DNA from: Chiloscyllium plagiosum
Lineage: Eukaryota
Reading direction: 5' to 3'
Assembly: GCF_004010195.1 (NCBI RefSeq)
Contig: NC_057718.1
Coordinates: forward strand, 33,428,699 to 33,462,885
Length of the DNA: 34,187 nucleotides
This document shows, in pieces, positions 1 to 10,802 of the stretch. The notes under the pieces are model-generated. The model did not search any database. It was not told the origin of the DNA and saw nothing but the letters and a program-made list of their open reading frames with translations. The position numbers were made by a program, and so were the translations under genes. Position 1 is the stretch's first letter. Every line of letters starts with the position of its first letter.

Positions 1-457
1 TGTTCAACTATTCACTCCAATGTTACGCCTGGGATCAGCTGAAGACATTAATTGGATCTCTCACTCAGTCACCCATTGCTGCATTGAGTAGGTTACTGAT
101 GTGTTGTTCCAAAGGCCAGGGGGATATATCAGGTTTCACACTGATTAGCCAAATCAGACCAAGAGGGCAATCAAATTCAGAACTATGGCACAATTCCCTC
201 AGGTATGGGGAGAGGTGTGATAGACTGCACTCATATGGCTATTAAGTCATCTTTCAGAGCAGTCACGTGCAGGATTCCATTCCCCCAGTATTCAAACTGT
301 CTACTCCTGGTGTTTGCAAGGTCCACAAGAAACAATAATCAGTCCTTTGCCCTGATTTGTCTTAGCCTTCAGAAACATGCCTCCTAAATATAAAATTCAA
401 CAAATGTTAAGATGCACAGAGCAGACGCACTGTAGCATACAGGAGATAAGTGTCCCC

Positions 458-734
458 CAACTTTCCAGCTCAGCACCACACTCATGACCTGTCCCACCTG
501 TCAATCTTCTTTCTCATCTATCCATTCCACCCTCTCCTCTGACCTATCACGTTTACCCCCACCTCCATCCACCTATTGCACTCTCTGCTATCTTACCCCC
601 AGCCCCTCTCCCCCGCCCATTTATCTCTCCAGCCCCAAGGCTCCCAGCCTCATTCCTGAAGAAGGGCTTTTGCCTGCTCTTCGGATGCTGCCTGACCTGC
701 TGTGCTCTTCCAGCGCCACACTTTTGACTCTGAC
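458..734 (+). mobile_element. Penelope-like element family A, 3' terminal fragment with broken hammerhead
   Basis: Collinear with the reverse complement of the copies at 30979-31380 and 33334-33650 (CT-rich tract, CATTCCTGAAGAAGGGCTTTTGCC, CGGATGCTGCCTGACCTGCTGTGCTCTTCCAGC). The GAAACGTCG part of the ribozyme is deleted after 674. Confidence 0.85.
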
Positions 735-789
735 AATCATTTCCCAATCTTTCTTGGCTGCAAGTCTGGTGTTAGGACTGCTAACATTG

Positions 790-1400
790 AGCAGAATTTA
801 ATGCCCTCCCCAATGATGAGTTCAAGGGTTGCGGGGGGGGGGTGACATGGAATTGAGCAGGTGGAATCCTCATCTCTGTCCCAATTATGTCTAGGGTAGG
901 AAGCCCCTTAGAAATTCTTGTTGGACTATCACCAATTCAGACTCCAACGTGGGAAATCAGTGGTCATTTTAATGGTCTCATCTCACTATCCAACCAGTCA
1001 CAGATGGGGGAACTCACCATATGGGAACAACCTGAGGATATTGTATGCAGGTTCCTGAGTGGGAAGGATGTCTGTCATTCTCGGCATCCGATTGGGCAAA
1101 CTAGCATCAAGAAGGGGCCCCTCTCCCATCCCTATCCTGAAATACCCTCTCCCCAAAACTCTACCACAACTCAGCTGCCCCATCGATGGTCAATCAATGA
1201 TAATGGACTTTGGGTGGATGCATTACCATCAGTACTGGCATTGTCAAGCAATGAACAGCTACTGATCTCTGATTAACTGGCAGCTCGGGGGTGTCATCTC
1301 TACTCCAATGGTACTTTATCCCGGGTAAGGACCATTGCTGCCTAATAAAGTGCCTGACTGGGACTTAATTGAGTTCTCACAAAAGAAGGCACACAGAGCT
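790..1400. repeat. Possible ancient non-autonomous interspersed repeat
   Basis: GC-richer block starting GAGCAGAATTTAATGCCC, with CAGCTACTGATCTCTGATTAACTGGCAGCTC resembling the interior of 17433-17926. No clear termini or coding motif. Confidence 0.25.
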
Positions 1401-1461
1401 CTCACCAGATCCCCAGCTAATGATGAGTCTTCAATTATTCTAGGAAATACTATAGATTGTT

Positions 1462-1815
1462 AAATATTGAGAAAGGATACTTTCAGTAATTACAGGTCGG
1501 TCAGCTTAACCTCTGTATTGGTCAAATTATTGGAATACGTTTGGAGTCATGAAATGAATTGTTATTTGAGAAGGCACTAATTAATCAAAAATAATCAAAA
1601 TGGATTTGTTAAGAGTACATTTTGTCTGACCTGATTGAATTGTTTTGAGAAAGTGCAGTGGTACATCGATATGTTTAGCACATTTATTGTAGTTGAAATT
1701 GATTGTAGTAATGTTTTTCTGAAAGTCCCATGTGGAAGACTGGTCAGAAAAGCAGAAATCCATGGGATCCAGGGAAAGGTGGCGGCTTGGATTCAGATAG
1801 ATTGAGTAGCAGAAT
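1462..1815 (+). mobile_element. CR1 LINE ORF2 remnant, part 1
   Basis: AATTACAGGTCGGTCAGCTTAACCTCTGTATTGGTCAAATTATTGGAA translates NYRSVSLTSVLVKLLE (CR1 NYRPVSLTSV motif). Downstream remnants resemble KVP..RLVRK..IHGIQGKVAAWI. Confidence 0.8.
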
Positions 1816-1817
1816 TC

Positions 1818-2540
1818 TATTTTATTCTTTCGTGGGATGTGGGCTTCACTGACAAGGCCAGAGTTTATTGCCCATCTCTATTTGCCCTTGAAAAGTTTGC
1901 TATGAGCCATTATCTTGAGATTTTGCAAAGAGCATGGTGTAGGTGCAGCTGTTAGGAAGAGACTTTCAGATCTTTGACCAACAATGAAGGAAAAGCAACA
2001 TAATTCCAAGTCAGGATAGCATGTGACATAGAGAGGAAGTTGTGGATGGTGATGTTCATGCATCTGTTATTCTTTTCCCTCTGGGTAGCTGAGATTGTGG
2101 GCTTGGAAACTACTGCTAAGGGAGCCTCTTGCAACATATTATGTCTATAATACACGTTATTGTCACTTGTGCATCAATGGTGGTGGGGGTGAATGCTGCA
2201 GGTGATGGTATACCAGTCAAGGGCTGCTTTGTCCTGGTTGGTGTGTCAATCTTCTTGCATGTTGTTGGAACTGCTCTCATTCCAGCAAATGGAGAGCATT
2301 CCATCACACTGCTGTTTTGTCCATTGTGTTGTAAATGACAAACAGGCTCTGTTTTGTCAGGGACTGTATAACTTGCCACAGAATTCCTAGCCTCTGACCT
2401 GCTCTTGAAGTATAGCTGGTCCAGTTCAGTTTCTGGTCAATAGTAAGCCCCGTCATGTTGACAGTTGGGGTATTCAGTGATTATAATACCATAGGGAGGT
2501 TTGATTCTTTTGTGTTGGAGATAATCATTGCCTGGCACTA
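1818..2540 (-). mobile_element. LINE of the CR1/L2 group (L2/Crack-like), 3' part, nested in the CR1
   Basis: Minus frame SSVMECSPFAGMRAVPTTCKKIDT is a decayed RSVMEYSPLAWMSAAPTTLKKLD-type ORF2 C-terminus. The 3' tail ends ...CCCACATCCCACGAAAGAATAAA. Confidence 0.75.
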
Positions 2541-2569
2541 ATGAATATGAACAGCGCTTATGAGTGAAA

Positions 2570-3600
2570 ACAAAGTATAATGTTCAGTCAGTGTTTTTGT
2601 GACTGGAGGTTGTTTTTATTCGGGTTCCAGTCGGTGCAGAACTAGGTCCTTGACATGCTGTGACATATATTGATTATTCACACAAATGTAGGGGCTATGA
2701 TTAAGACTTATGTAGGTGACACAAAAAATGATCGTCTAATTGATAGTGGGGAAGATATCTGTAGACTGCAGGAGAATATAAACTCAGTCAGTGGTCAGAA
2801 AAGTGCCAAGTGGAATTCCATCTGAGAAAAGTGAAGTAATGAATTTTTGGGGTGGCAAACAAGGTGAGAATATATAATAAATCTAGAATACTGAGAAGTG
2901 TAGGAGAACAGAGGACCCCCGGAATGGATGTCCATGCATCCCTGAATGGAACATAACAGGTAGCAGAGATTCTTGCCAGAGGTGGAGAATTTCAGTGCTG
3001 CTGAAAGACTGTATATGCTGCAGTGATGATTTGGAGATGTCGGTGTTGGACTGGGGTGTACAAAGTTAAAACTACACAACACCAGGTTATAGTCCAACAG
3101 GTTTAATTGGAAGCACTAGCTTTTGGAACCCTGCTCCTTGATGAATGAGCAGCAGTCTGAAAGCTAGTGCTTCCAATTAAACTATAACTTGGTCTTGTGT
3201 AGTTTTTAAACTTTGTGCTGCAGTTGTTCTCTTTGTAACAGAGAAGGATGGGAGAGAGTTGAATGAGGTGTTATGTGCATGGAGTGAGTGAATAAAAAGG
3301 ATGAATCATTCCCAGCAGTCAATAAACAGGGGATAGGGATTTAAATTAAGCAATAAAAGGATCAGAAAAGGGTTGAGAACATCTTTCATCCAGAGGGGAT
3401 GAGGAGTCTGGAATTCCCTGCTTAAAAGAATGTTTGAATCCAGGAATCTAATTGCATTTTTAAAAATATTGACAAGTGCATTTGAAGTGCCATAATCTAC
3501 AAAGCTACAGATCAAAATCTAGAAAGTATGTTTAGGCTAGAATGCTGTCCTTTGGCTGGCACATATATGATGGGTTGAATGGCCACCTCTTTCACTACAT
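2570..3600 (+). mobile_element. CR1 LINE ORF2 + 3' UTR remnant, part 2 (interrupted at 3025-3215)
   Basis: Decayed GVPQGSVLGP (2621-2650), (F/Y)ADDTK-like GTAGGTGACACAAAA (2712-2726), LFSL.QRR..G.L.EV after 3225, and CR1-type tail TGATGGGTTGAATGGCCACCTCT. Confidence 0.75.
3025..3215. mobile_element. Palindromic PLE family B mini-element (inverted pLTR halves)
   Basis: Minus-strand terminus 3025-3139 is joined to a plus-strand copy 3139-3215. Flanked by the 9-bp direct repeat TGCTGCAGT (3016-3024, 3216-3224). Confidence 0.88.
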
Positions 3601-3635
3601 ATTTATGATTATTTTCACTACATATTTATGATTAT
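3590..3635. repeat. 23-bp tandem duplication
   Basis: TTTCACTACATATTTATGATTAT twice (3590-3612, 3613-3635). Confidence 0.9.
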
Positions 3636-3699
3636 ATTCACCCCATTCTCCTTGGTTTAATAATTCCTTAATAATCTTGATGTACAACACTCCATCAAT

Positions 3700-3895
3700 G
3701 TCAAAAATTAAGTTTATCATTAGTCTAACCTTAACCACCTCCTGGACGATTGAGTTCCAGATTTTCACGACTCTTCACATGAAGACATACGTGCTGACAT
3801 TGCCGCTGAATAGCCTAACTCCAATTTTCAAGTTATGTCACGTTTTATTTGACTCCTGCACTGGGGAAATCATTTCTTTATCTAGCCTATCAAAT
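3700..3895 (-). mobile_element. Old CR1 3' fragment
   Basis: GAGTTCCAGATTTTCACGACTCT...TTTGACTCC...TCTAGCCTATCAAAT resembles the reverse complement of the CR1 ORF2 C-terminus seen at 5250-5400. Confidence 0.55.
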
Positions 3896-4160
3896 TGAGA
3901 TTGCCTCTAAGCCCAGAGCTCCAGGTTCAAGGACTTGATGGCCAATAATTATATATCTTTGGAATAACCGGACAGGATGAGTATCAACCTGCAAATGTTT
4001 CCGATTATATGCCAATGAGAGGTGGGAAGAAAGAGACAGGTCTCTGGTCAGTCTGTAAAAATACATGCTGCTACAGCAACTCCAACTCCCTTAATGAACT
4101 GTAACAAACCACCACCTAATTAGTTATCTTAATTATTAATTATCTTAAATTACTTTATAT

Positions 4161-4707
4161 CAATGATTAATCTTTATGCTGCAGGGAAAATATCCAGAAT
4201 ATGCAACCTTTTTATCTCTCATGGAGTCTCCTCAGATTCCTTTGAGCATGCTCAGTAACAATTATTTCATGATACGCTTCCACTTAGAAATAACAATTAT
4301 TTCATGATACGCTTCCACTTAGAAAGATATCTTATACAGCAAAATATCTTAAAATGCTTCACAAGACAGAGATATTGGAACCATGATTGGAGGGAGTTTG
4401 GAGAGATGATGGAAGTGGCACTTTTTGGCAGAGTTTTACAAATGATTAGAACAATGATTAATCTTTATGCTGCAGGGAAAATATCCAGAATATGCAACCT
4501 TTTTATCTCTCATGGAATCTCCTCAGATTCCTTTGAGCATGCTCAGTAACAATTATTTCATGATACGCTTCCACTTAGAAAGGTATCTTATACAGCAAAA
4601 TATCTTAAAATGCTTCACAAGACAGAGATATTGGAACCATGATTGGAGGGAGTTTGGAGAGATGATGGAAGTGGCACTTTTTGGCAGAGTTTTACAAATG
4701 ATTAGAA
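4161..4707. repeat. Recent 256-bp tandem duplication with a nested 35-bp tandem duplication in copy 1
   Basis: Copy 1 is 4161-4451 and copy 2 is 4452-4707. I see 2 substitutions. The 35-mer TAACAATTATTTCATGATACGCTTCCACTTAGAAA occurs at 4256-4290 and 4291-4325. Confidence 0.97.
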
Positions 4708-5217
4708 ATGTAGCACAGTAGAGAGTTTTCGAAAGAAAAGAATCATACTGTCTTTCTAGAAATCTGTTTTATTTGAAATTCCTCTATCTAATTCTAAACG
4801 TAATTAAAAATGTTAACAGGCATTTAAAACAAAGATGCAAATGTGTGTAGGTACATATTATTTCCCAAAACGTCAGATTTAAGCTCACATTCATGTTAAA
4901 CTGGTCCTGAACTAATAAATATAACTAGCAAGGAACTATTCGATACTCCACAATTAACAATTTATATGAAGTTCAGGGACAATCCTCATAACTATTTTGC
5001 ATGCTGCAACGCCTCCATCTGGATTTTACTTGTTAGTTCATGTTGCAATTTCCAAATCATTTAAAAAGGAAGATTATCCAATACTGAAAATTCCAGACGT
5101 GGTGTATCATTTAGCAGAAATTGTATGAAAAAAGATATCAAACGCCAGCAAAGTACTGAGGAAAGTTTAAATCTGGACCAGACTAAGATGAAAGTGTGAA
5201 GAGATGTAAGTGTGTAA

Positions 5218-5590
5218 GGTGATCTCATTGAAGCTTACAGGATGCTTCAGGGGTTTGATAGGGTAAATGCTGAGAGTATGTTTCCCTCATGGGAGAGTCT
5301 AGAACCAGACTGCATTGTCTCAAAATAAAGGAAATCTAATCTAAGACTGTGATGAGGAGGAATTTTGTCTCTCAGAAGGTTGAGAATCTTTGGAACTTCT
5401 TGCCACAGAGAACCGTGAGGGTAGAGTACTTGTGCATATTTAAAGCTGAGATAGATCACTCTTGATCAGTAATGGAATCAAGCCAGGAAAGTGGACATGA
5501 GGAACATCAGACCAGCCATGATTCTACTGAATGGGGGAACATAGTCAAGGGGCCAAACTGCTTACTCCTGTTCCTATTTCTTCTAGGCTT
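5218..5590 (+). mobile_element. CR1 LINE 3' end
   Basis: GDLIEAYRMLQGFDRVNAESMFP followed by the typical 3' UTR CAGCCATGATTCTACTGAATGG...GGGCCAAACTGCTTACTCCTGTTCCTATTTCTT. Confidence 0.85.
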
Positions 5591-5746
5591 GTGGTGAGTG
5601 TGGTTATTTCAATGCTACTTCAAACTTATGAAGAAATTTCATTGCTAGTTGCTATTTGCTGGAGAAATATTGAGGGTATTCTTACTCTTTTGACAGATAC
5701 TGAAGAACGAGAGAAGGGTAAAATATCAGTCAAACGTTCAATGAGA

Positions 5747-6160
5747 TTGGGGATGGTAGCATTGTGGTAATATCACTGGGTTGGTAATCCAGCGACTTAG
5801 GTTAATGTTCACATGGATTCAAATCTCACCACAGCAACTGATGGAACTTAGATTCAATTAATAAGTAATCTGGAATTGAAAGCTAGACATGGTGACCATG
5901 AAACTATTTCAATTGTTGCAAAATCCCATCTGGTTCACTAATACCCTTTAAGGAAGGAAATTCATCATCCTTACTGGGTCCAGCCTACATGTGACCCCAG
6001 ACCCACAGCAAGGTGACAATTCTTAATAATTCAGAAAGAACTTAGCATGCCTCACAGTTCAAAGAGAATTAGAGATGAGCAACAAATCTATCATTTAAAT
6101 CAAATAAACCATTTTACATGTTCCTTGTTAGTGACACCCACATCCTGTGAAAGAATAAAA
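5747..6160 (+). mobile_element. tRNA-derived SINE with a LINE-derived tail
   Basis: A-box-like TAGCATTGTGG, B-box-like GGATTCAAATCTC and core CCCATCTGGTTCACTAAT...AGGAAGGAAA. The tail matches the 3' end of the LINE at 1818-1890. Other copies at 12130-12345 and 23945-24072. Confidence 0.75.
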
Positions 6161-6388
6161 TAATGTCACAGCAGGAAATAGAGCCTATGATTAAGTGACA
6201 ATACAGTAAAATATCAAACCTATGTTTTCACGATTGGAAAGGTTGAGGTGCTGTACAGGAAATTGATGCAAAGAAGCATTCCCAGTTTTTTATTCCATGG
6301 TACACTGAAGATACATGGACACAACCTATAGCACCTGACTACAAATAAGGTGATTTATTTATGGAAATCAGTAGTGTATAACAAGTAG

Positions 6389-6622
6389 GTAAAAACAATG
6401 ACTGCAGATGTTGGAAACCAGATTCTGGATCAGAGTGGTGCCGGAAAAGCACAGCAGTTCAGGCAGCATCAGAGGAGCAGGAAAATTGACGTTTCGGGCA
6501 AAAGCCCTTCATCAGGAATAGAGGCAGAGTGCCTGAAGGGTGGAGGATAGGCAGGTAGGACAAGTCATGGGGACAGTGCTGAGCTGGAAGTTTGGAACTG
6601 AGGTGAGGTCGGGGAAGGGGAA
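6389..6622 (-). mobile_element. PLE family A, 5'-truncated and internally deleted copy
   Basis: Matches the family A terminus. 11-bp TSD ATAACAAGTAG at 6378-6388 and 6623-6633. Confidence 0.92.
6483..6520 (-). ncRNA. Minimal type-I hammerhead ribozyme motif (best-preserved core in the window)
   Basis: Minus strand reads UAUUC CUGAUGA A GGGC UUUU GCCC GAAAC GUC AAUUU. All core nucleotides are present, but the first stem-I pair is broken (G>A at a CpG). Confidence 0.7.
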
Positions 6623-7479
6623 ATAACAAGTAGTCAGCCCATTACTGCATGCTACAATGTTTTGTCTGTAAACCATCATCCAGAATTAGAATGGCAGAGA
6701 ATGAAGGGAAATTTGGTGAATGAAAAATTTCTAATTTCACTCTGCTCCTGACAACCTCCAGCAATGTGGACCATTCTATTAAATGGAAGTTAGGAGTGAA
6801 GTATGGGACCCCAACGAATTGTTCTCATGTCCATAGGTGGTCAATTGAACTTACCAGATTTCCTGGAGTAATACAGGTAACCAAAGAGATTCATGTGATG
6901 CAAACAGAAAAATAATCTGAAGCTGATTTAAAATTAAATACATCACAGATCTTAGGAATGTGCAAAGCTCTAGAAGATTCCTGATCCTTGCAATTTTAAA
7001 AGAACTGTTTTGACAATCACATTACCATTGTATTTATAGTTCATCTAGCAGGGGATAATTTAACTGACTACAAGATAAAGTAGATGTTACCAATTGTACT
7101 GTTGGTGTGAAAATTAAATTGTCTGAACTAAAACACTTGGAAAAACTATTCATAAAACACAGTACAATAACAATGGCAACAGGAATATATGTGCGTAATG
7201 CCTTTAAGGCTTCCTGTGCAGTAAAAGGGAAATTAAATCTAAATGAGAAAGGGAGAAGTCAAAAATATTGACTGAAGAAAGTTTGTGAGAAAGTATTTAA
7301 AAGGTGGAAGTGAGAGGGAAAGGAGCTCTGTGAAAATTGGACACAAGGAGCTGAAGCCTATGTGGCCTAAGGGAAATCACCAACCGCATTGAATTAGGAA
7401 GTCTGGAGGTGGTAACAACATCTATGATAGCCTTACAGCAGAGTAGTCAAGGTAAGGAGGTACACCAGGAGTATTATGG

Positions 7480-7784
7480 AGATTAGATTCCCTACAGTGT
7501 GGAAACAGACCCTTCAGCCCAACCAGTCCACACCGACCTTCCGAAAAGTAACCCACCCAGACCCATTTCCCTCTGAATGATGTACCTAACACTATGGGCA
7601 ATTTAACATGGCTAATTCACCTGACCTGCACATCTTTGGACTGTGGAAGGAAACCAGAGCACCCAGAGGAAACCCACACAGACATGGGGACAATGTGCAA
7701 ACTCCACACAGACAGTTGCCCGAGGCTGGAATCGAACCTGTGCTATGAGGCAGCAGAGCTAACCAGCTTGCCATCGTGCCGCTC
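7480..7784 (-). mobile_element. HE1-type V-SINE (older copy)
   Basis: Reverse complement gives a tRNA-like head, the V-domain TGTGTGGAGTTTGCACATTGTCCCCATGTCTGTGTGGGTTTCCTCTGGGTGCTCTGGTTTCC and a CR1-like tail ending GGAATCTAATC. Confidence 0.9.
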
Positions 7785-8211
7785 TTTAGAAACAAGTGGT
7801 TTTGGGATGAAACAATTACTGGGTTCAATATGAATTGAACCCATTACCAATCCTAACCCAAGCTGCCTCCTAAAATGTTAATTAGTCAACAGCAAATACT
7901 AAAATTCCCTTCACGATACTAATAAGGATTTCCTTCACGTTTTCCTCATCTATGTACTTTGGGTCAGGATTGTTTTCTTTAGAAAAGGGGACTCCTCAAT
8001 ATGAGCGAGCTGTGTGCAATGCTTGATAGTACAGACAGGACGGAAAGGAGAGGGTTGGTTCTGAAGCTTGTCATCCTGCATGTACTAAATAATATGTCGT
8101 TTGCATTCAACAGAATAAATGGCCAAGCTATCAGATGGACATTCCCCTTACTTAACTGAAGTAGTTTCTCAATTTGTAATCTTTACTTGAACTAATGGTC
8201 TGACTGACCGT

Positions 8212-8523
8212 GGGCAGCACGGTGGCACAGTGGTTAGCACTGCTGCCTCACAGCGCCAGAGACCCGGGTTCAATTCCCGCCTCAGGCGACTGACTGTGTG
8301 GAGTTTGCACGTTCTCCCCGTGTCTGCGTGGGTTTCCTCCGGGTGCTCCGGTTTCCTCCCACATCACAAAGATGTGCAGGGTCAGGTGAATTGGCCACAC
8401 TAAATTGCCCGTAGTGTTAGGTAAGGGGTAAATGTAGGGGTATGGGTGGATTTCGCTTCGGCGGGTCGGTGTGGACTTGTTGGGCCGAAGGGCCTGTTTC
8501 TACACTGTAATCTAATCTAATCA
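8212..8523 (+). mobile_element. HE1-type V-SINE, full length, young
   Basis: A box TGGCACAGTGG (8223-8233), B box GGTTCAATTCC (8267-8277), V-domain with intact CpGs and a (TAATC)n tail. Confidence 0.95.
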
Positions 8524-8929
8524 AACTTCAGTCATTACAGCCTGGAAATCCCATTGGGGTGATTTGAATGAGTTCCTCAACCTAGGCTCCCATTGCAAGA
8601 GTAACTGCAGTCCGGTCCAGTCCAAGCACGGAGTCACTTGTAACAGCAAATTCCAGTTAGGATGAATTGTAAAATTGCAATAAAAAGATCAGAAAAAAAA
8701 GGTGTTTCTTTAATCCTGGGATGAAGCCGTTATAATGTATTGGGAGTGTGAAGGGGCCTTAGACATTAGCGAGGAAAGCAGTCGTGGGGTTGGGAAGCTT
8801 TGTAATTTATGGTTAATCGATGTTTTTCACCTATTGGTTTTACCACAGGATTGTTTTCAGATTCAAATCCACAGGCAATTTTACTCCAGTTTGTTCTGGT
8901 GGTATTTGCCAAAGCAGATGCAATTAGCG

Positions 8930-9051
8930 AGGCAAAAGGGAGGACTGCAGATGCTAGAAACAGAGTCTAGATTAGAGTGGCGCTGTAAAAAGCACAGCAG
9001 GTCAGGCAGCATCCGAGGAGCAGGAAATCGACGTTTTGCGGGCAAAAGCCC
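8930..9051 (-). mobile_element. PLE family A short 3' fragment
   Basis: GGACTGCAGATGCTAGAAA...AGCACAGCAGGTCAGGCAGCATCCGAGGAGCAGGAAATCGACGTTT..GGGCAAAAGCCC. It ends exactly at hammerhead stem II. Confidence 0.9.
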
Positions 9052-9420
9052 ATTTTGCGGTTGAGGGACCGGCAGAGAATCCAATTTAACCGCTCACCGC
9101 TTTCCATCAGTTTTAGCTAATGTGCCAATGTCATAGCACATCATTTACATTCTGTATTTGTGAATTCAATCACTTTAATCTCGTTTCCAGATTCAATTCA
9201 CTTCCAAATAACAACTAGATTTAAAATATATATGCTGCTTCTATCGAATACTTCAGTTTATTTCGTTTCCATTGACAATGAACAAGATCTGTTTTACCTG
9301 AGAATGACCGTTGCCATCCTTTATCTACTTTTGCTTTTGCTTTTGCACTCCTTAGAAACTTCACAATAATTATTTTGAATAGAGAGATGAAATTGTTGAA
9401 AAACAGTTAAGAGGTTTCGC

Positions 9421-9480
9421 AGTTAGATTTAGATGTTATTGTCACGTGTACTCAAGTACAGGAGTACGTGAAAAGTGTTC
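9421..9480 (-). mobile_element. Short Rex1/Babar-like 3' tail fragment
   Basis: TTATTGTCACGTGTACTCAAGTACAGGAGTACGTGAAAAG resembles the tails at 10810-10850 and 18875-18910. Confidence 0.4.
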
Positions 9481-10802
9481 ACATGGTCGTGTTAAACATC
9501 GCCCGATACGGACAGTTAATAGAGAGCCGGTGGTTTACGAAGTTCTTGGTCCTCGGGATATTTGCTCCCCGATTTCTGAAGTGTGTAGCTGCAGTACTTT
9601 CAAACACATGGCGTGACACATGCGAATTCTTGTGGATACATGTCACACGATCATTCTTGATAAAGTAACGGCGGTAAGAAGAACGGGGTTACTCATAGTT
9701 TGATCCCCTCATAGCACCAGCATCGTCTGCAACTGCAATCCCAACAGTGGCACTAAACAGAGGGAAAGGGGGTGGCAGAATTGTCGATAGATCAGGGACG
9801 ACACTCACCCTGTGTGTACTGTGTTAGTGGGAGATGTGCTGTACACCAATTCGATACAACCCCCCGTCAGCTCACTTCCAGTTAGTGCACCAAATATACG
9901 GTCGTTTTCTTTCTTGTTTAAAAAAATTGATTTATTCCGAAGTGCTTTATAAGTCATGGTCCCATTTTAAAAATTGCGTTTGTCTGCAGTCAACACATCC
10001 AGCTTATAGCACGCCGTATTAATGCTGTTTCTGTGTATTTTTAGCAACTTTTGGTTTTGACCTCAGCTGCCTTCGCAAACCGGCCCGATCCGCAGTTCCC
10101 CAACCCTCTGAGAATCCCATTCTATTGATTTTGTTTGCAAGTTGTGATAGTTTGGGGAAATGGCATTGCAGATCATTTTTAACAAGTACCATTTGTTTGT
10201 ATTGTAAATAATTAGAGGATGAGAATAGGTCAGTCTCTCTCCACCTTCAGTGATCCATTTCGAAACGCCAATCATCCCGCCTTCAGATAAACCTCATTTC
10301 ACACAAGCTGCTTCAGTAGGCCTGTGAGTGGGTTTTTGTGTCGGGGGAAGCTGCACCGTTCTGCCACCGAAGAGGCTTTACACCGAGAATTAGATGGATC
10401 TGATACTGACTGAAGATTCTCACGTTAACTTTGGTCAGATTTATAACGTTAAGTTTACTTCAATGTTCCCTGACTCCGCCGGGCGGGTCTATCGGATAAG
10501 AATAACATCACCCTGCCGCCTACCCGATGGGGAAATGTGTTTTCAGCCCAGATTGAGACAACAATTAGGGGATTCAGTGATCAAGACATGATCAAACTCG
10601 GCATCGCTTGACTTGGCACAAGAGGCCAGATTCCATTGCGGAAAATCATCTGTCATTAGAAGCAGAAAAATCAGAACATCATGAGATGCGATGCACTTAA
10701 GAGAAATAAAGTGCATGCAGCAATGTCGACAAGCTCCTTAAATCTCAACATCCGGCGTTAACTTGAAAATAAATTTTTCAACTTAGATTATTTTTCAGAC
10801 AA

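Noticed and set aside
3895..4030. Additional tRNA-SINE remnant (CCAGGTTCAAG)
   Set aside because: Only a B-box-like word. Too degraded to delimit.
4256..4325. CRISPR-like repeat
   Set aside because: Adjacent copies have no spacers, the context is eukaryotic and there are no cas genes.
8212..8285. tRNA gene
   Set aside because: The A/B boxes belong to the HE1 SINE head and run into the V-domain.
8921..9060. TSD for the 8930-9051 PLE (CAATTAGCG / CATTTTGCG)
   Set aside because: Only 7/9 match, too weak to call.
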